Of a stretch of DNA of 64,000 bases, positions 58,718 to 64,000 are shown piece after piece (the first letter of the stretch is position 1; each line of letters begins with the position of its first letter). This DNA is from Macrostomum hystrix (Eukaryota > Animalia > Platyhelminthes). The DNA lies in assembly GCA_950097015.1 (NCBI GenBank), contig CATNEN010000007.1, forward strand, positions 12,214,001-12,278,000. The letters run 5' to 3'. The position numbers and the translations under genes are program-made. Under the pieces are notes generated by a model. The model did not search any database. It worked only from the letters and a program-made list of their open reading frames with translations, and was not told the origin of the DNA.

Positions 58718-60664
58718 ATATAAAGAGTATATATATATTAATATGCTGAATATACAGAGATTAAGCGGCCTCTATTAAGAATAAGTAGAATCGATATATC
58801 AACGGAAAATCAAATGCCACTTAAATACTCGTTATTCAAGGGTTAAAAGTGTCTGAGGAAAACTAGACACACAATGCACAAAATTCCTCAAAACAGAATT
58901 TCGCATTTATTTTCACAAACCTATCTCGGATATAAAACATATAAAACTTGCTACTTGTGAGTAAGCCTCCGAGTACCGTTCAGAGTCTGTCTGCCTTGAT
59001 GCCATGTGGACCGCGCCCCGAGTTAACCTGAAAAGAAAGATGATTCCTGAATTTAGGACTTAAGGCCGCATCCCCATCTTCATTTCATTATCTCTTCACT
59101 ATACTCTCTGAGTCTTAGTTTTTACTTATAGTGTCCAAATACGAGCGTGAACATTAGTACAGGGATTGAAAACTAAACTGACCCCAGTCGGACTAGAACA
59201 CGAACATGCACCTCGTGAGAGACACAGCCGCAGCTTTTGTTATGCGCTTTTAAAGATTCACGAGTTCGAGGCACAAGCAGCGGGCTGGGAATGACATAAT
59301 GAATTCCAGAATTCCTGCTTCACTGATTCGAGTACCAGGAGCCCAACAGCGACAAGACGAGTTGGGCATCCAACAGCTCATAAAGATCAGCAAAATGGAA
59401 ACCGCAGCATCCTAAACCGAAGCGTCATGTTCTTAGCAGCGGTTACATTCATGTGGGTTAAAATGTTTTTTTCTCATTTCCTTCAAATGGATCATATTTA
59501 AGGTTTTTTCCTATACATAATTATGTGTTTATATGCGAATAGCTGGTATCAAGAACCTAATAGGCACATATAAATATAATCTCATACTTGCACTTAATTT
59601 ATGTAGCTATTTTGTTTGGATTCGCATTTGGTTTTCATTTCTTAAATTTTGGACATTCAGCATTTTTGCTACTGTGCATTTCTAATACTACGTGCATACG
59701 ACAATAGTTTTTTGTTATTCACCGAGCTTCTAGATTGGTTGTTTGACAAAGTTTTCCAGATATCACGACAGAAAAGCTTTAGCACTAAGAACAGTTCAAT
59801 AGCCATTTAAAAGCATTTTGTTTAAGTTTACAGACCAAGCTTTACAAACGAATTTCTCAGAAAACGATGGTTAAAGATTTCGTAGGTTTGGGTAGGCAAG
59901 TTTGCAGTTTTAACGCTTAGTTATGCCTATCTAATAGTAATATCGCTGCCATTCGATGAGCACCTTGTTGTAAATTCGACTGATATACAAAATATGTCCA
60001 CTAGTATTATCGTCACTGCTTTACTCACTCGTCAAGTAATATTTTACTGTGCTTCAGTCCCTTGTTTTGTTTTTGGATACACTTGAGTAGTAGAGTAGAG
60101 TCTAGCAACGATATACTATTTGTAACAGTATATACAGTATATAATAGTGCATTTCATAAATAATCATATAGTTTTGACCCATTACTTTTAAAAATATATT
60201 AAAACAATAATCTTTACTGGAAATTACTTTTTGAGTTAATTGCTCTGTAAAATCCCTGCTTGTCCTAGACTAGAGTCTAGACTCCCGACAACCTATCCAC
60301 CCAAGCTTAGGCCTACAAGCTATCCAATCCAATTATAGACCACCAGTCGTTCCCACCGACCCCTCCCCAGCTGTGGTTGTCTTGGTCATACACTATTTCA
60401 ATATATGCTACAATTACATCTCTCCAATTGACTGTCTACTGTGTTAAATTTGAAAGTTTATAGGCTTATGGATAGTTTGATATTTCAATATGTCTTTTTC
60501 TGGTTCCTAACTTCCTTTTATTTATTACTGTAGCTATGATTGATGTGAAAGTAAAAGCATAAAATAGTACACAAAACTAGTATTTAAAATAGTTTATTTA
60601 AAGAGGTTTAATAGTCTTTTAAAGTAAATGTTATTATAGCTTTTTTTCATTTGTGACATATATA

Positions 60665-61313
60665 GGGTAATGTATCATCAACCAAACAAAAATGTGATTT
60701 TTTTATTTCAAACCTAAGCTACAGATTTTCTATTTAAGATATGATGATAAATCAAAAGCCAAGTTCTAGAAAACAGTTACATCTTTCTAAAAAGTATCTG
60801 CTTTTGCTATTTTGTCAAAATCAGAAAAAAGTTATTCTAAAACTTTTTATCTAAAACCAAACAATGATTTTCATGTATCTTCAAACCAAACAGAGTAGGC
60901 CTATTAGATGTTTGGTTTTAAAATTTGAGTGAGTGGTTTAATCTTATTTTAAGGAGTGAACTATCATGAATTATGTCATTTGAAAGCATTTTTCATGCTC
61001 TATAAATAACTACATTTATGGTCATTTAATTGGCAAGCAACCTCATACAATCTTCGTCTAAAGTACATACTGAAAAATTTTTGTTACAAAGTAAGCTTTT
61101 GCAAAAAAAATTCTACTGAAACATCAATATCTTTCTGTCCTCTTAATGCTTCATTGCAAATCATGCCTCAGCTTGTAGATAATTTCTTCAACTTTCAAAT
61201 TAGTTGTTCTGTGAAACACAATAGCTTGTTTCTGTCTTGCACAAGACCAAGGAAGGAGTCAAAATTCTTGTTTGGTTTTGAAGATACACTGTTCGGTTGA
61301 TGATACATTACCC
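60665..61313. mobile_element. MITE, ~650 bp, 24-bp TIR gggtaatgtatcatcaacc[a/g]aaca, flanked by TA
   Basis: Inverted termini at 60665 and 61313; internal aaccaaaca/tgtttggtt motifs echo the TIR. Confidence 0.8.
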
Positions 61314-62085
61314 TAGCTAAATTAATATTTTTTACTATGGACTTGAATTCCCTAAAAATATATTAGTTTTTACCTAATTTAAAATACCTATCTTTCATGA
61401 TTTGTTTACTAACATTACAGATTACTATAAGAAGGTTTGCTAACAAAAGTTCTATTTTAAAACCAAAGACATGTTGTTACATGAACGGACAATTATTCCT
61501 CATATTTTATTAAATGAAGAGATTTTCACTCTCAAATGGACATTTTCTGACTAATAATTAAATAATGAAAGTTCTATGGTAGTCTATAACTTTTAAGTCA
61601 TTACTCATTTTATTCAATATAGAATAACATTCTGAGTTTTACTTAGGAAATAAATTGTGAATATGTCAGGCTTAGCCATCATATAAATAAAATCCATATA
61701 AATGCTCACTAATTTAGCTAAGAAAAAAAGTCATATTTAGAAACTAGACCCTTTTTGACATAATCAGCTGAAATGTAGATACGTTTTTAAAAGTTCTCTA
61801 AATATTCAGCTTTATTTATAGCTAAGCTTTGTTTTTAAAGTACCAAAAAATAAAAGTACTGCTGCAATTGAAGTTTTGCCTGGTTAGCAGACACATTTAC
61901 TGTAAATTTCGACTTACACCAAATGACTAGTGGTTGCTAGATTAGCAGAAGTTGTTTATAAATATTTGTGTATCTTTACTTACTGATATATATTGGTCTC
62001 AGTGTCGAGTTCGCTAGTTCAAAGAAAATAAATATCTGTCATTAACAGAAAGCTCTCCATTTCAGTGGTTTGCCATCACCGCGCC

Positions 62086-63411
62086 ATGGACAGCGACGAT
62101 GGCGACTTCAGCGACATGGATGAGCTGGACTTCGACTCGTCGCCGGAAGACACCAACGTCGAGCTGGAGAACCAGTACTACAATGCCAAGACTCTGAAGG
62201 ATGAGAACCCAGAGCTGGCGCTCAAGGAGTACCAGAAGGTCCTGGATCTCGAGGGTCCAGAGAAAGGCGACTGGGGCTTCAAGGCCCTCAAGCAGATGAT
62301 GAAGATCAACTTCAGACTCGGCAGATTCGATGAGATGATGCGTCTTTACAAGGAGCTCCTGACCTACATCAAGAAGGCTGTGACGAGGAACTACTCGGAG
62401 AAGTCCATCAACTCCATCCTGGACTACGTGAGCACCTCCAAGCAGAGCGACCTGCTGCTTCACTTCTACCACACAACGCTGAACGCGCTGAAGGAGGCCA
62501 AGAACGACCGGCTGTGGTTCAAGGCCAACCTCAAGCTGGGCAAGCTCTACCTGGACAATGCGGAGTGGCCGCTGCTCCAGCGTATCATCAAGGAGCTGCG
62601 CGGCTCCTGCGAGACCGAGGACGGCGAGCTGGACAGCAAGAAGGGCACCAACCTGCTCGAGATCTTCGCCCTGGAAATCCAGATGTACACCCTGCAGAAG
62701 AACAACAAGAAGCTGAAGGACCTGTACAACCAGTCGCTGAACATCAAGTCGGCCATCCCGCACCCGCTGATCATGGGCATCATTCGCGAGTGCGGCGGCA
62801 AGATGCACCTGCGCGAGGCCGAGTTCGAGCAGGCGCACACCGACTTCTTCGAGGCCTTCAAGAACTACGACGAGTCTGGCAGCCCGCGCCGCATCCAGTG
62901 CCTGAAGTACCTGGTGCTGGCCAGCATGCTGCGCCGCGTTGGCATCAACCCGCTGGACAGTCAGGAGGCCAAGCCTTACCGCAATGACCCGGAAGTCACT
63001 GCCATGACTAGCCTGGTGGCGGCCTACCACGCCAACGATATTCACAGCTTCGAGCAGCTGCTGCGACAGCACAGGGCCGCCATCATGGAGGACCCGTTCA
63101 TCCGGGAACACATCGAGGAGCTGCTGCGAAATGTCCGCACCCAGGTGCTGTGCCGCCTCATCCAGCCGTACACCCGCATTCGCATACCGTTCATCTCCGC
63201 CCAGCTCAACATTGACCAGCCTGAGGTGGAAGCCCTAATCGTGTCCTGCATCCTGGACAACCTCATTGTGGGCAAGATTGACCAGCAGGCTCAGGTGCTG
63301 GTTATTGAGCGGGCCGCTGTGCAGCAGCAGTACCAGACCATGGACAAGCTGGCGAACCAGGTCACTGGCCTGCACAAGGCTGTCATCGCCCGCCTGCCCC
63401 TCAAGCTCTGA
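62086..63411 (+). CDS. COPS2: COP9 signalosome subunit 2, intronless CDS (441 aa)
   Basis: [64 protein letters not shown] domain. Confidence 0.98.
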   Translation: MDSDDGDFSDMDELDFDSSPEDTNVELENQYYNAKTLKDENPELALKEYQKVLDLEGPEKGDWGFKALKQMMKINFRLGRFDEMMRLYKELLTYIKKAVTRNYSEKSINSILDYVSTSKQSDLLLHFYHTTLNALKEAKNDRLWFKANLKLGKLYLDNAEWPLLQRIIKELRGSCETEDGELDSKKGTNLLEIFALEIQMYTLQKNNKKLKDLYNQSLNIKSAIPHPLIMGIIRECGGKMHLREAEFEQAHTDFFEAFKNYDESGSPRRIQCLKYLVLASMLRRVGINPLDSQEAKPYRNDPEVTAMTSLVAAYHANDIHSFEQLLRQHRAAIMEDPFIREHIEELLRNVRTQVLCRLIQPYTRIRIPFISAQLNIDQPEVEALIVSCILDNLIVGKIDQQAQVLVIERAAVQQQYQTMDKLANQVTGLHKAVIARLPLKL

Positions 63412-63636
63412 CACTGTTGAATCTGTTGCGTGCCCCTCCCGCTCCGCCTGTTTTCCTTCCGCATAGACAAATACATGCTCGAATCCCGGCTTTCTGCTTA
63501 TTCACTATTTAAGCTGGCTTGTGCTTTGATTTCCTAATCATTATTCGCCGAACAACCAATCAAAATGCGGCTAGAGATCAGTGGAAGAGAGCCCATTGGA
63601 CGAGAGCTCATTGGACGAGACGGAATCTAAGTAGGT

Positions 63637-64000
63637 GGGACTGAGCCCTAGCCTGATGAGTTTAAGCCCAAGCCTGATGAGCTGAGCCCTAGCATTGTGA
63701 GATTGAGCCGTAGCCTGATAGGACTAAGCCGTAGCCTGGTGCGATTGAGCCCTAGCCTGATAGGACTAAGCCGTAGCCTGGTGAGATTGAGCCGTAGACA
63801 AGACTGAGTAGTAGCGTGATGGGACTGAGCCCTAGCCTGATGGGACTGCGCCCAAGCCTGGTGGGACTGAGCCCTAGCCTGATGGGACTGAGCCCTAGCC
63901 TGATGGGACTGCGCCCAAGCCTGATGGGACTGAGCCCTAGCCTGATGGGACTGAGCCCTAGCCTGATGGGACTGAGCCCTAGCCTGATGGGACTGAGCCC
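63637..64000. repeat. 21-bp minisatellite (gggactgagccctagcctgat), runs off the window end
   Basis: Direct reading. Confidence 0.93.

Noticed and set aside
62062-63111. 349-aa minus-strand ORF
   Set aside because: Antisense shadow of COPS2

Overview
Eukaryotic (metazoan) genomic DNA. It has GC-rich, GC3-biased exons, AT-rich intron/intergenic blocks, and about 29 unrelated tandem arrays covering roughly a quarter of the window by hand tally. This architecture resembles the flatworm Macrostomum (inference only). Genes reconstructed by hand through GT-AG junctions: two convergent small secreted proteins, a 3-exon CYP2-clan P450 (-), a FAIM-like protein with only the C-terminal half (-), a compact plakin (SH3-bearing plakin segment plus plectin repeats, -), alpha-tubulin (-), an AGPAT/LPAAT (+), a 4-KH FUBP1/KHSRP/PSI orthologue (-), a DRGX homeobox gene (+) and COP9 subunit 2 (+). 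Mobile elements: a Gypsy remnant, two MITEs, and two 37-46 bp hairpin insertions with 8-bp target duplications. The main unexplained pattern is that several arrays are tandem amplifications of the host gene's own splice junction. The FUBP/PSI intron has 29 extra GTGAGT donors, all leading to premature stops. The plakin has about 50 in-frame acceptors and the P450 has 4-5 acceptors. Further decoy acceptor/donor arrays lie in AGPAT, DRGX and elsewhere. All gene models are unverified by transcript data.
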